64,000 nt of DNA, from NCBI GenBank assembly GCA_043228905.1, contig JBHGNT010000016.1:2976001-3040000 (forward strand), read 5' to 3'. Origin of the DNA: Azolla caroliniana (taxonomy: Eukaryota; Plantae; Polypodiophyta). A model generated the notes under the pieces. It worked only from the letters and a program-made list of their open reading frames with translations, ran no database searches and was not told the origin of the DNA. This document shows, piece after piece, positions 52,003-64,000 of the stretch. How positions within the stretch are numbered: position 1 is the first letter of the stretch; every line of letters begins with the position of its first letter. The position numbers and the translations under genes are program-made.

Positions 52003-54925
52003 ATGGCCATGGTCTTAGCTTCACCATCATCTTCTTCATCTTTCTTCTTCTTCCTATTCTTCTTGGTAAACTCTTCTCTCATCCACCTCTCAACCTTCAC
52101 CGATGCATCACATTTCCCTCCTCTTGATCTATCATCGTCAGTCTTGATTCCTCCTCTTGGTAATAGGTATTCATACATATATCATGATTCCACAAAATCT
52201 TATAAGAAGCAAACATTATGTTGTCCATCCATACCCCCATAGAAAACACAATGGAAAAAGACAGATTTCATGAGAAACAAACAGCCGAGTCAGTCATGCT
52301 TGTTCTTTCAAAGTTTAAAGCATTGCATTATAGCTTAAAACAAGGTTTCATTAATTTAATTATCTATCTATCCATAAACATACATACATTGACGTTATTG
52401 TGCCATAGTATGTAGTGGGGAAAATTGGTACAAAGAAAAATACACCAGCAATTTTCCTTTATTTTGCCGCCATGCCCCTATATTTTTCTTATTTCTATTT
52501 AATGCCCATGGGCAACCCACAAAAACTAGCTTGCTATCGTAGAAAGTATATTCCTCAGAAATAATGAAAACCTGAGGGACGTTTTTGAGGGGGCCCATAA
52601 AACAAAAACTTGAAAGGGTATTTTAGGTATTTAAAAAAAAACATGCTTGCTTCTTTTCAGGATTTCTCAATCACTCACAAATTAACATTAAGTACATGAA
52701 TTAAATCTTTATATATGTACATATATATGTCTATCTTATCTATATTAATTTCTCATAACTAAGAAATGAGTTTCACTAATTATGATGTTTCTTGTAATTA
52801 AGAAAGCAAGCTTGTCCTGATTGTGAGGTATAGGAGCTTAAACTTACTTCTAAATTGCATCAATTTCTATGTAATTAAGAAGCTTAAAAATTGTGGAGTA
52901 TATTGCCTCAATTAAACACCAATTGACTAATTATTTGCTCTTTTGTCCTTTTTTCTTTCCAATTCTCTTAATTGTGTGCTTGATCTTATTTTCCATGTGA
53001 TTAGGGGCCCCATGTGTTTAACTAACCTTAATCCACTAAACCACACTTGACACAAAGTTGAATATATCATGCAAAAAATGTTGTTTACACTAAACTTACA
53101 TATGTGCAGTCTCTTGATTAAGACAAGGGCGGAGAATGGGTATGTGCACTACCGATGCTTCTCGAATAACAAATGGGTGGCCATTGCAATGTCCACAGAC
53201 CTACTAGACGTGCACACCAATAACATTGTGGGTAGATACTCTCATGCGAAACACCCTTTACTAGATCCGAGAAACGCAGGCACTTGGACCATCCTCAATA
53301 ATGAGGGAGACCATGCCGAATCTGGTCATCCATCTAGTCTTGTCACCGGTAAGTAAGTAGGACATTGTTTGAATTTTATTGCTTTATTTTGACTCTCTTA
53401 TATATTTAATGCTTATCCATTTTTATAAGTGGGTGGATGGTTTTGTACATGCTCAATCCAAGGTCTTGATAGCTATGGTGCATACACGACCTCTAGGGCT
53501 TATGGGTTTCTAAAGGCCTAGGCACCTCCTTGTGTCAAGTCATTTCATTCAGACGAAGATCCTATGATTCTCATAATGCCTAGTTCAAGTTGCTTGCCAC
53601 ATATACAATACAATAGGCGAAAGTAATAGTAGACATAATACGGGATGCACCTAAGCCTCTACCCAAAAGAGAGGCCTTAGACTCCAATGATAATGATTGG
53701 GTGCACCTACGTATTCACATTTTCTTTAATGGAGGAAAATTCATTTGATTACATTATTCAATCATATCTTCCTACAGTTGTTTGATCTCATGCCAATGTA
53801 TGATTTTGATATCCATAAGTTTTGCATATGCATACAATATTGTGATCATGAATGTATATGTTTGTGGATGTAGAATGATTGTTAGTACTTGATCTATACA
53901 CTACATTACGTTATTGCAATCTCAACATATCAACAATGCTTGTAGGAACTCAAATAGCTATTGCAAAACCCAAAACAACCTATGATCTACCCGACATTCT
54001 AGCACTCGCAACAAACCACACATTTGAAGGGACACTATCCATGGTATCTTACATAGCTAGGGTGAACACACAAGGAGGTCTTCTACAAAATGGGGGAACT
54101 TGTAATCGAACCATAGACAACAAATTAGTAAAGGTGCCATTCACGTCAGAATTTCATTTTTGGAAGCAAGATTTAGTACCCCCGAGCATGCCTAGAACAT
54201 TGGTTTTGGAGTCACAAAGGCCAATTGAAGGGTTTTATGGACAAGGTGTCATAATGTATATCTATGATGGCATTGAGTGGAAAGAGAAAAGTGTGAATGC
54301 CAAGATGTATGATGTGCCAGGGGGCACACTACTTGGTTCTTTCTTCACGAGAAGTGTTCCTGATGAGAAAGGTGGAACTTATTGCTGGCACTTGGATAAC
54401 CCCGACGGCTTCACACTTGTTGGAAAATTAGCATGCAAACCAGAGCCGGTCTCTCTTGATTGCTTGCCATGGTCCCTCAATGTCATCACTTCTAGCAATG
54501 GCAACTTGTAAGTGTCGTTATATCTAGGAAGGTTTACTACATTAAGTATGCACATGTACACAATTTACATTCCATTTAGATATGGTTAAAGATAAATGTG
54601 ACATGGTGTGTTTTTCTAGTCCCACATAGCTTTTTATCCACATTATGCACAAGTCATCATGCAATCATGCTCACCTTGTATGTGTGCTACGTTTTGCTTA
54701 TGTACATGTGAGGGGTTGAGGCTTATCTTTTATTTATTTACGAGACAAATACATATAAGCTTACTATTAAATTTTGTCAGGACAAAATTTGGGCCCTACA
54801 CCCATGTACAAGTGTTGTCTACAAAAGGTGGTCTTCCACCAACAAGGCTTCCCATCGGCCTCCAGAAGGGACATATTTGGCGGTCTCCTTTCTCGGCTAT
54901 TTTCTGGTTCTATTCCAACATGTAA
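52003..54925 (+). CDS. Secreted protein with two tandem DUF3455-like domains (369 aa)
   Basis: Exons 52003-52166, 53110-53348, 53946-54507 and 54781-54925 total 1110 nt in frame, with a hydrophobic signal-like N-terminus. Two repeats of G..Y...W...YI.RVNT.GG...VPF..FHFW / CLPW...THVQVLSTKGGLPP...SPFSAIFWFY. The family call rests on motif recognition only. Confidence 0.78.
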
Positions 54926-57900
54926 ATTTAATAACTCTTTTGTCTTTGTTTCATGAACAGTTTTATAATCCATTACAAAGGATAAAAGATCTAATCTAGG
55001 AAGCTAAGTATTTTCTTCTTCACTTTTAATGTCATCTATTAGCGTTTGCAATGTAGAAGAATAATGACTTGCATTATCTACACGTAAAGCAATATGACAT
55101 GAGGATCAACTTTCATTTGCACATGCACATGCAGAGAATAGTGAAGCTAGAAAAGTATATTTATCTATTTCCATGCTTCTACATGCCTTTAGTGACCGTG
55201 TACATGGGTGGTAAGTTTACTAATAAACAAAATTTCTATAGTTTTTCGTAGATCGAATCATATTCTCCCTTAGCTAAATATGTTAGAACTTTAGAGTAGG
55301 ATCTTGCCATATTTCATTAATTAAGAGATAATTATATGTCTTATTTGTATTCAAAAGGTTTCATAGAAGTATTAAGTGTTGTCATTCGTTGACTTGGTCT
55401 TTCTTGATGACCAACATAGCCCCTTGTTATACACTAGTGCACAACTCGAGCAAAATTCACATGTAGACATGCCTTTCTTTGTATGAGGTCAAACAAAATC
55501 ACCTAATGTTAAAAACCTATGTTTGATAATAAAAAATCAATAACACATTTCAATTATGAAGTTTACCAAATTTGAGAAATTCTAGTAGAAAGTCAAGATC
55601 ATAATGAAGACTATTTTAACTTTTTGGCAAAAAGGTTCTTCTCTCAACAAAGACATGGATCACCTTGTTTGAGACCCCACATTGTAAATGCCTTGTTGTG
55701 ATAGGTGAAGATTCATGAACCTAATGCATTGAATGGAAATTAGTCACATATAATGCTCCTAAGGATTTGAAAAGTTAAATTGAACATGTTGGAGAGAGGA
55801 GGAAATGTTGTGACTTGTGATAGTTTGTCTTTCTTAATTAGGAACATGAAAAATGTTCTGAACATGTTGGCAACATTGGTCAAACAAAATACTTCCTAGG
55901 TTAAAGACATGGATGATTGGAACTTTACCAAGAGATGATGTCTTGAGATATATATCATTTATATTTTTGTTCCAAATGTTGGTAAATTGCGAAATGTCAA
56001 TTAACTATTACCACCCACTCGCATGTCAAAAGTTTTACTCCTTTGGGGTGGGAGTGGGGGGTGAGAAATTTGACATGACAATAAACAACGACAAAATTTG
56101 TTCACATGGATGCAAGAACTATAGACATAGAGCATGAGATGAACATACATGGTGAAAAGTGAGGAAATTCACGAAAATAAATGGTTGAAAAGCCACAAAC
56201 AAAATAGAGTGTACTTATTTTAGTTTAAATAAAAACATGTACCTTTGAAAAGTACTTACCCCAAATGAATGGATGCGAGTTGGCCATTGGAAACCAAATT
56301 GATGAGCATGAAAATACAATGCCACATTGATTTTTTCCCCCATCGTATCTATGCCCACTATATTTTCCTCATATATACATATAGGTATGCCCTCACAATG
56401 TTTAACTTATTATGTCGAGTCCACTTGATTGATTCTAAATTTGAGGTAGGCCAGGTTGTAGTTAGAGGGGGATGGTTTTGTCTATATGTTGACCATCAAG
56501 GTAAATACAAGATGATTCATTTCATGGTGGCTTTACGATTGGTCATAGTGATTAATCTCGTCACCTCATATTTTATCTCTATGTAGGATTTCATTCTTTT
56601 TTTTGTCCAAAAAAACACTACTTCGCATTAGTTAGCAAACAAAGTACATCAAAGACCAACAAATTTTAGCAAAACTCATTTTGGCCTTCTCACCAAAGTG
56701 ATCATAGTTCCCACCCCCTCATTTACAACAAAAGTATCCCATCAACTCTTTTAACATGGTAATTAACTTGTAACACAACTATACATATGTACAGCTCCTG
56801 GTGACTAATGGAAGCCATTAGCGAAAACAATCATCTGGGTGCTTGGTAGTTCTATTTAGGCTCTGATGATGATTTGACCACCATAGGAGAATTGCCCCAT
56901 TTTAGTGGAAACTTTGACCAAGCTCTTTCTTCTTCATCCGATTCCCCTTGATTCGAGTCGTACCGTCGTCGCAACCAAGATACCAGCTCGAACCAGATGT
57001 TTAACAACACCTCATTGCTTGGGAGCTTTTGTTGTTGAAAAACAATATTAGAATGCTTAGTCTAAATGTGCTAGACCGATAAGCAAGCCACCATCATCCA
57101 CATCTCCTAAAAAAATGCAGGGTTTGTGCCAGGTCGAACTCCAGCACATTGAAACACATTGCCATCTTGCACTATAAATCCATAACCATGGGGTTTTAAT
57201 TGTTCCGCCCAACCTTCCCCTGTTAACTTCAGCCCCTGTTGTAAGGACCCCCATACAACTCTCCCATTCACACCGCATGCTGCCATGATCTTGAGACTTC
57301 TACCCCAAATGCTAAATTATCGTCTCTACGCAATTCCAATAACAATGAGGGATTGATTCCAAAGAGTGTCCACACATCTTGCAACCAACCTCCCCACCAC
57401 GACCGTAAGCTTCTCTTTCAATCTAACAAGATTTCTTAATTTTCATTTCTACAAGTGAGCAAACTACAAGTTAGAATATTATTTCGGTGTTGTAGGTCAT
57501 GTTGGTCTCTTTGGAGACTTAAAACACCTTTTTCCTTCTTTGCCTTTCCACATCTTAGTTTTTTTTTGCATATTATTTGATGGTAAAGGGATTTTTACAT
57601 GTCATGGAAAATGCTTTAAAGCTATCAAAACATTTGGTCAAACGTTGGAAAAACCTTTTGACATTTTATTGTAAATCTTAGTAAAAGTTAATTTAACGAG
57701 GAAACCAGAAGATATATATAACTACAAGTTTTAAAAATCCAGGAACAATGTACAAGAAAGATCCTTGGATCCTAAATGTATAGCCAAAATGATTTCAAAA
57801 GCCTCAACAACTTTCTAACTATTGAAACACCATGAGAACATGCTCATAAAACTTCACTACTAGTACTACTTACAACTTACAACTACTACTACTACTAGTC

Positions 57901-57932
57901 ACAACTTACTACTATTACTAGCACCACTAGTT

Positions 57933-59435
57933 TTAGTTGTAGTAATAGAAGGGGTTAGAGACCGGTTTGGCCAAGAAAGTGGGATCACTAAGGAGTCCTT
58001 CCATGGCATTAGATGGAAGAGCCATGCATATCTCTATGTCCCCGGCTCCTGCTTTGGCATCGTTACCAAGCCTACCCCCAAAAAGAACCATCTCGCCATT
58101 GCCACGAACTTTGGCGGGCCTAACTGCGTCCGGACGCCCCCACCCGAACTCGACATCATACACGGGGAACCTCGGAGAGCTCACCACACCCATCATGTCG
58201 TATCCCGTGGAGTCATTGCGTATCTCCTCGAAGCTATTCCCATGTAACTCGAGCCAGTGCAAGCACGAGACGAGGGACTCGTGAGTGCACGCGAGGACGG
58301 CCTCATGGATGCGTTCGGCCGTGTGGCCGAGCTCCTCGTCCAGGAGATCACCCGTGAGTGCGTAGGCAGTCGAGAGGTGTATGACATTGCCGAAGTAGGA
58401 GGAGGGCAATGGTGGGTCCATCTTGCTCCTAAGGTTGGCCACCACCATGAACCTTAACTTGGTGTCCCGAGAGGATTGCCTCGCCTCGGTCACTCGCTGC
58501 CAGAAGTGGGCACACAAGACCTCATAGGTAGTGTAGCTTCCCCCGGCCTCGGCTTTCAACTTCTTGATGGACGATGCCGGCAGCACAAACACGCATTGCA
58601 TCAATGCCTTTGGGGGCTGCTCGAACACCTTGGGATGATTATCAGCACGACACTTCTGCATCTTTGCCTTATACCGATTCGCTTCGTGTTCGGACGGAGG
58701 CCCATTAAGTGCTAGCCTCTCTCTGTCGTGAATCGGTGGCAGCGTGGCAGCGCCTATACGACAACCCCTTGCACATTCCCCCCATGCGACCATGAAATCC
58801 CACAATGACTTCCCGTCCGCCACGATGTGGCTGTATGACATGCCCAATGAGATCCCGCCGTCCATAAACCGGGTCACCTACTTCTTCCAAACAAGCCAAA
58901 CACATTCAATTACCCTTTTGATGGTCCTCATCCACTGTGCTCAACAAATTCTCATTTGTTTAAGTTATGTATGTACCTGGATGGAGAGTAGAGGGCATGT
59001 GTAGAGGCGATCCCCTGTGTGATCAACATCTTGACAAAGATTGTCATAGATTGGCATCATTGGGAAACCTTCTTGGCTAATGTCGCTCATTGGGGACTCG
59101 ATTGAGGCCTCGATGAGTTCGACACCGGCACCGTTGCAATTGATGATGAGACGTCCGTGGGAATCTAGGGCTAAACGTCCCGCCCACGGAAAGTAGTGGA
59201 CAAGCACAACGGAGAGGCTTGTCTTAAGGGTCTCAATGGCATCGTGGTAGCTAGTAGTAGTGGTGATGTTGGGATAGAAGAGGAGTCTCTTGTTGTAGTG
59301 TAAGTCTCGCCAATGTATGTCGATTGATGAGAGAAACAAGTGGCGTTTCGAGGAAGGGGAGGCAGGTGTTAAGGTGGTGGACTTCTCAATGGACGGAGGA
59401 GGAGGACAACGACCCACTTTGGGCTTAGGTGCCAT
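57933..59435 (-). CDS. BAHD acyl-CoA acyltransferase (467 aa)
   Basis: Exons 59435-58977 and 58877-57933 with the conserved intron at Q|VT; LKTSLS..LVHYFPWAGRL, catalytic HIVADG (HxxxD), YFGN, and the DFGWG-like motif EFGWG. Confidence 0.95.
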
Positions 59436-60015
59436 GGAACACTACACCTAGGATTAAGAGTGAGGTGATAATCTCATCACCTTGTGAACCCTTTTCAAAA
59501 TGCTCAATGAGTGCATCGAGGTGTACAAGCAAGTATATAATATAATTTAACCCTCCCCATGGGGAGATCTCATTCCACAATACACTTAAATATGCATATC
59601 ATTATTTACATTACCGAAAAGGGGAGACACTCTTTACACCAAAAAGACCTAACAGTGACACCAATGATAAAGTTAAAGTTTTAAATTCATGTCACATGAC
59701 TGACAAGTGTCCCTTAGAGTTTTTATGACGATAGATGCCTCATCTGATGTTGAGATGGATGGTGATAATTCAAAAATCACAAAACAAAAGGGCAAGTTCC
59801 CGCTTCCTTACAAGTTACAAGTGAAAAAAACTTGAAATTTTTTATTCACACATAATACTCACTTTGCCAGCTCCAAGATCACGTGAATTCCATGACAATC
59901 CATACCCATGAATGGTCCACCCATGACTATAAATAACCCAACTTTGACAATTCACAACCCATGGATGACCAATCCATGATACCATTGATTTCCATTTGCA
60001 ACTTAATCATTTGGC

Positions 60016-60444
60016 TAGCAATGGGCACGGTTCGGTTTCTTGGCCTTGAAACCAAACCAAACCATTTATTTATATTAAAAACCAAACCAGATTGTTTAAA
60101 TTTTATGAAGCCATTTAAACCGAACCGTTTAGAGCCGAACCGTTTATGAAAATTTTAGAACCAAACCAAATTGGTTTATCATAAATCAAAACCAAACCAA
60201 ACCTTTAAACCAAACCACATAAGCTGAAACCGCTAAACCGTGAAAATCAAAACCAAACCGAACCGAAACTGAAAATCCGCTAAACCGCTAAACCATGAAA
60301 TTCAAAACCGAACCGAACTAAAACCAAACCGGATCATAATATTTGAAACCAAACCAAACGGTTTATTTATCTTTGAACCAATAAACCATTAAGCCATGGC
60401 TTAACGGTTCGGTTCGGTTTGAGTCGAAACCGTGCCCATTGCTA
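60016..60444. mobile_element. hAT-type MITE
   Basis: TIR TAGCAATGGGCACGGTT / AACCGTGCCCATTGCTA; perfect 8-bp TSD CATTTGGC; dense AACCG/AACCA motifs. Confidence 0.93.
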
Positions 60445-61156
60445 CATTTGGCAAGGGAAAATAAGTAATGAAATTGATTTTGCTTTTAAATTTTGATCAA
60501 AGTTCCCCTTGTCACCTAGGGTGGGTTAGGTTTAGGTTGCCTTTCACCTGTCATGCTTATTTTGAAAAAAGTGGAGGTTTGGCTTTTTAAAAAATGATTA
60601 AAATTGTTATTCATATTCTCCAAGAGGGGTTGCTTGCATTGATCTAAACCCTAAATCCTAAACCTTTCAAAATCGAAGATGCATTGTCCTAACAGGTAGC
60701 TCAAATATAAGACTATTAGGTGTGAGACTTTAGAGAAAATTTGGATCTAATTTGGGCCTTTTAGAAAGGAGGATATTTGAAATATTCCTTTATGAAGTTT
60801 GTAGCAACAATGGGTTGAAGTGGACAAGCTTGTAAATTACATCGTGGAATTAACATGTGTTTGTTTAAAGGCTAAACAGGACCACTAGGGACTTGAACCA
60901 AAGAAGATGATGTCCTTTATGAAGGGTCATGGTTTTGGGGCAATGCGAGTTGGCATGTCGTTGTGCGTTTGATGATCTTTTGTTTCTTGATTTGTGTATG
61001 TATGTTCACTTGGGAGCACATGGTCTTTGTGTGAAAACGTAATCCTACATTTCATGATCAAGTGTGTTGGAGCATGTAAATACAAATGAAGTGTGCTCAT
61101 ATGGAGTTGAATTAGTGAAGTATGTATAATGAGTGATAGGATTCACGGGGTATATA

Positions 61157-61735
61157 CAGTGTTGGGCAAAGTCCTAGGAACAGTGTCAACGTTCCGGTTG
61201 GGTTGGGACATTTGCCGGTCAAGGTGGGGGGAAGTCGGAACTGATTCCGGTTAGAATTTCCCCAAAACCGGAATCTAGCCGGTTAATGTTTTTGTAACCG
61301 GCTATTTATGCATTTTTTTAAAAAAATGTTTAAAAAAACAATTTTCCCTATTTCCCCCTCTTTCGTTGTGTTTTCCTTGTTTGTTTTCCCCCTCTGGCTC
61401 CACTCTCGAATCCCTCTTTTTCATGTTTTCCCTCTCTTTTCATGTTTGTCTGTATTACCTCTTCTCAATTGCCAATCCTTATGACTCGAAAGTCGAGACT
61501 TGACAATCCATACACAAGTAATCGCATATATTATCAATTGTTTACAAATATTGACATCAATCTGTACATTCGTTGGGGACCTGACTGATGCTGACAAATC
61601 CTCTATAATTGGTTATGAAGAAGAAAAAACAGTGGAGGAGGAACAACAACGGTGGAGGTAGGGTATGATGCATTATTTAATTAATTAGTGTTAATTTAGT
61701 TAATAACTAGTCTCTGTATAAAAAAAAAATAGAAC

Positions 61736-61778
<43 letters not shown>

Positions 61779-61874
61779 CCCGTCTTACTTGGCTTTCGTT
61801 GTTGTTGATTATGGCGGGCTTTTGTGTAGTGTTAATTTAGTTAATAACTAGTCTATGTATAGAAACATTAGAAC

Positions 61875-61928
<54 letters not shown>

Positions 61929-62220
61929 CCCCGTCTTACTTGGCTTCCCCTGTTGTTGATTATGGCGGGCTTTTGTGTACATATATACATATGCATAACA
62001 ACCTAGATATGAAGAAGGAGAAGAAGGAGAAGAAGAAGAAGAAGAAGGTGATGGTGATGATAATGCAGATGGATTCGTGTAAGGGAAATTGTTGAGTTTC
62101 TTGATGTGTAGATTTTACTACCCTATATGTAGTATAACGCAGCATTGACGAAGATTCGATACCACTCCCTTCGTTAGATATCTTTTTTATTATTACCTAA
62201 GCTACCCATTGACACAACAT

Positions 62221-62264
<44 letters not shown>

Positions 62265-63079
62265 AGCTTCAAGATACGGTTATCAACGATGACTCCACCC
62301 AAGGTAGACTAGATTTAGAATGTTTTGTAAGAGAACACGAAATATGCGTGGGATTCAGAAATCACCATTGGTCAAGACATAGAGATAATTCAAAGTCATC
62401 ATGCATCAATGTTGTGTTGAGGTCAAGGTCTAACATCAAGAATGATTGACTGATTGTGTGTGTGTGTGTGTGTGTGTGGAGAATGTATGTGGAAGCCACT
62501 TATAGTTGGTTTTTCAAAATCTAGTTGATTGGCGGTTGGTGAATCACCAACTTCCCCACTTCAAATTGTAGCATTGGAAGATATTCAAAATTAGCATCCA
62601 AAATGTATCGCAAAGCTTTTCAAACATTCGAATTTTGAGTATGAATAACCAAAGTACCAAATGCCATGATTTTTTGCTTGGATAGGAGAGGCTAATTTCC
62701 TAGAAATGTATCTGTACATTGTAAACAACTTAGATGTAAACGTGATATGAATAGTATTGAAGCTTGAAATATTTGTGTGGCTGCCAATGGCATCCGATAT
62801 CGAGCCTCAAAATCAAGTCTTTGGCCATCACGATGGTAAATGGTTCATTAAGAAAACATAATGTGATAAAAGCTCTTGAATTTGATTAAAATGTTTCATT
62901 AGTTTGATATAATTGGATGTGGCAATTTTTTTTTGCTATGTGCGATTTATTTTTTTTAACATGTTCCGGTTAACATTATTACTCGTAGGAAAGTGGCCGG
63001 TTAAAATTTTTAATTTCCAGTTAGGATCATAAGTAGCAGGAAAAATTCCGGTAGGGTCTAGAAACTTTGCCCAACACTG
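61157..63079. mobile_element. Non-autonomous hAT element (~1.9 kb)
   Basis: TIR CAGTGTTGGGCAAAGT / ACTTTGCCCAACACTG; perfect 8-bp TSD GGTATATA; subterminal CCGGTT motifs; an internal duplication with (GA)n at about 61687-61978. Confidence 0.92.
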
Positions 63080-63734
63080 GGTATATATAACTTATGTATC
63101 TATGTTGTCATGAAGTTACATGCGTGCATGTGAAATCCATTGGGGACTTGAACTAGAGACAATGGAAATGCCGAGCTCTCGATGATAGAGTTCCTGATGA
63201 TGTCAATATTTCTCAAAGAGTACAAACCACTTAGATTTCTAGTATGAGTGTAAGTTTGTTTTCATGTGCATATAATATTAATTATGTAAGTATTTATATA
63301 TCCGAATATGTTGTGATTTTATTTGTGTGTGTGGGTAAGTGTGCGAGCTCAATTGCATGGATGTATATGTATTTGTCGATGTGAATAATGAAATGTGAAT
63401 GTGCAAGAGTAGATGTAAATGTATTTTCGTTTTTCTTTTTATTTATATGGGAAGTAAATTTTTTTATTATAAATATGTTTGAATTAGTGTACTGTGTGAG
63501 TAGGCAAAAGTATGTTTATATAGCATGCTTTGGATACATGCATGCTCGCCACCTCATAGGCACGCATGCTCGCGATTTGTCATTCATGCAAGCATGCCAC
63601 TTGGCATTCATACAAGCATGACACTTGGTAATCATGCGTTAGCCTATGCGGTGGTAACGTTTGACACTATTAGATATATTTCTTCATGATCTAATATAAG
63701 AATTTACAATTTAATAAATGTAATATGATGTATC

Positions 63735-63795
63735 CTAGTGGTTGAAGCTACACATTATCTTTGACGAGGTCATGGGTTTGAATCCTTATCACAAG
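63735..63795 (+). other. Degenerate tRNA-derived SINE-like head
   Basis: tagtggttgaag...gaggtcatgggtttgaatcc resembles A and B boxes. A similar minus-strand remnant lies at about 44665-44730. Confidence 0.35.
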
Positions 63796-64000
63796 TCTTG
63801 GAGTTTTGGTATATGTTCATGACAGTTATGGGGAGAGAAAAGAACGCGTGAAAGTGTTGAATTCTGGAGAGAGCAAATGTTGTGAATCAAGAGGGTCTGC
63901 GACATCAATTATGACAAGAGGTGACATGGTCGTCGATCGTTGAGACGTTGCACCGAAACTCAAGGATATCCCCCTTGACGCTCTGATTGTGAACTGGTCT

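Overview
AT-rich, intron-containing land-plant genomic DNA; a seed-free plant such as a fern is inferred from the DUF3455-like gene and the retroelement types, not proven. There are four host genes: a 5'-incomplete FLY1/TUL1-type transmembrane RING-H2 E3 ligase (+, to 5731), a 10-exon ubiquitin-like + LRR gene (-, 15065-25580), a 4-exon secreted protein with two DUF3455-like domains (+, 52003-54925) and a BAHD acyltransferase (-, 57933-59435). About 250 bp upstream of the UBL-LRR start codon is a 17-kb, four-layer nest of LTR retrotransposons, each with identifiable ends and a target-site duplication (TSD): a miniature tRNA-Ala-primed element > an RT-less Copia > a full-length Copia > a young Ty3/gypsy of the Tf1/sushi/Tcn1 type. 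The innermost gypsy is the most notable object. It has a Tf1-style self-priming PBS instead of a tRNA PBS, two heat-shock-element arrays before its TATA box, an antisense tRNA-like A/B box in U3, a slippery site plus pseudoknot for -1 frameshifting, and a 3' end rearranged by a small inversion and deletion. The rest of the window holds hAT MITEs with 8-bp TSDs, a solo LTR, LINE fragments, tRNA-Leu-derived SINE-like copies and tandem arrays. All coordinates were counted by hand and no database searches were run.
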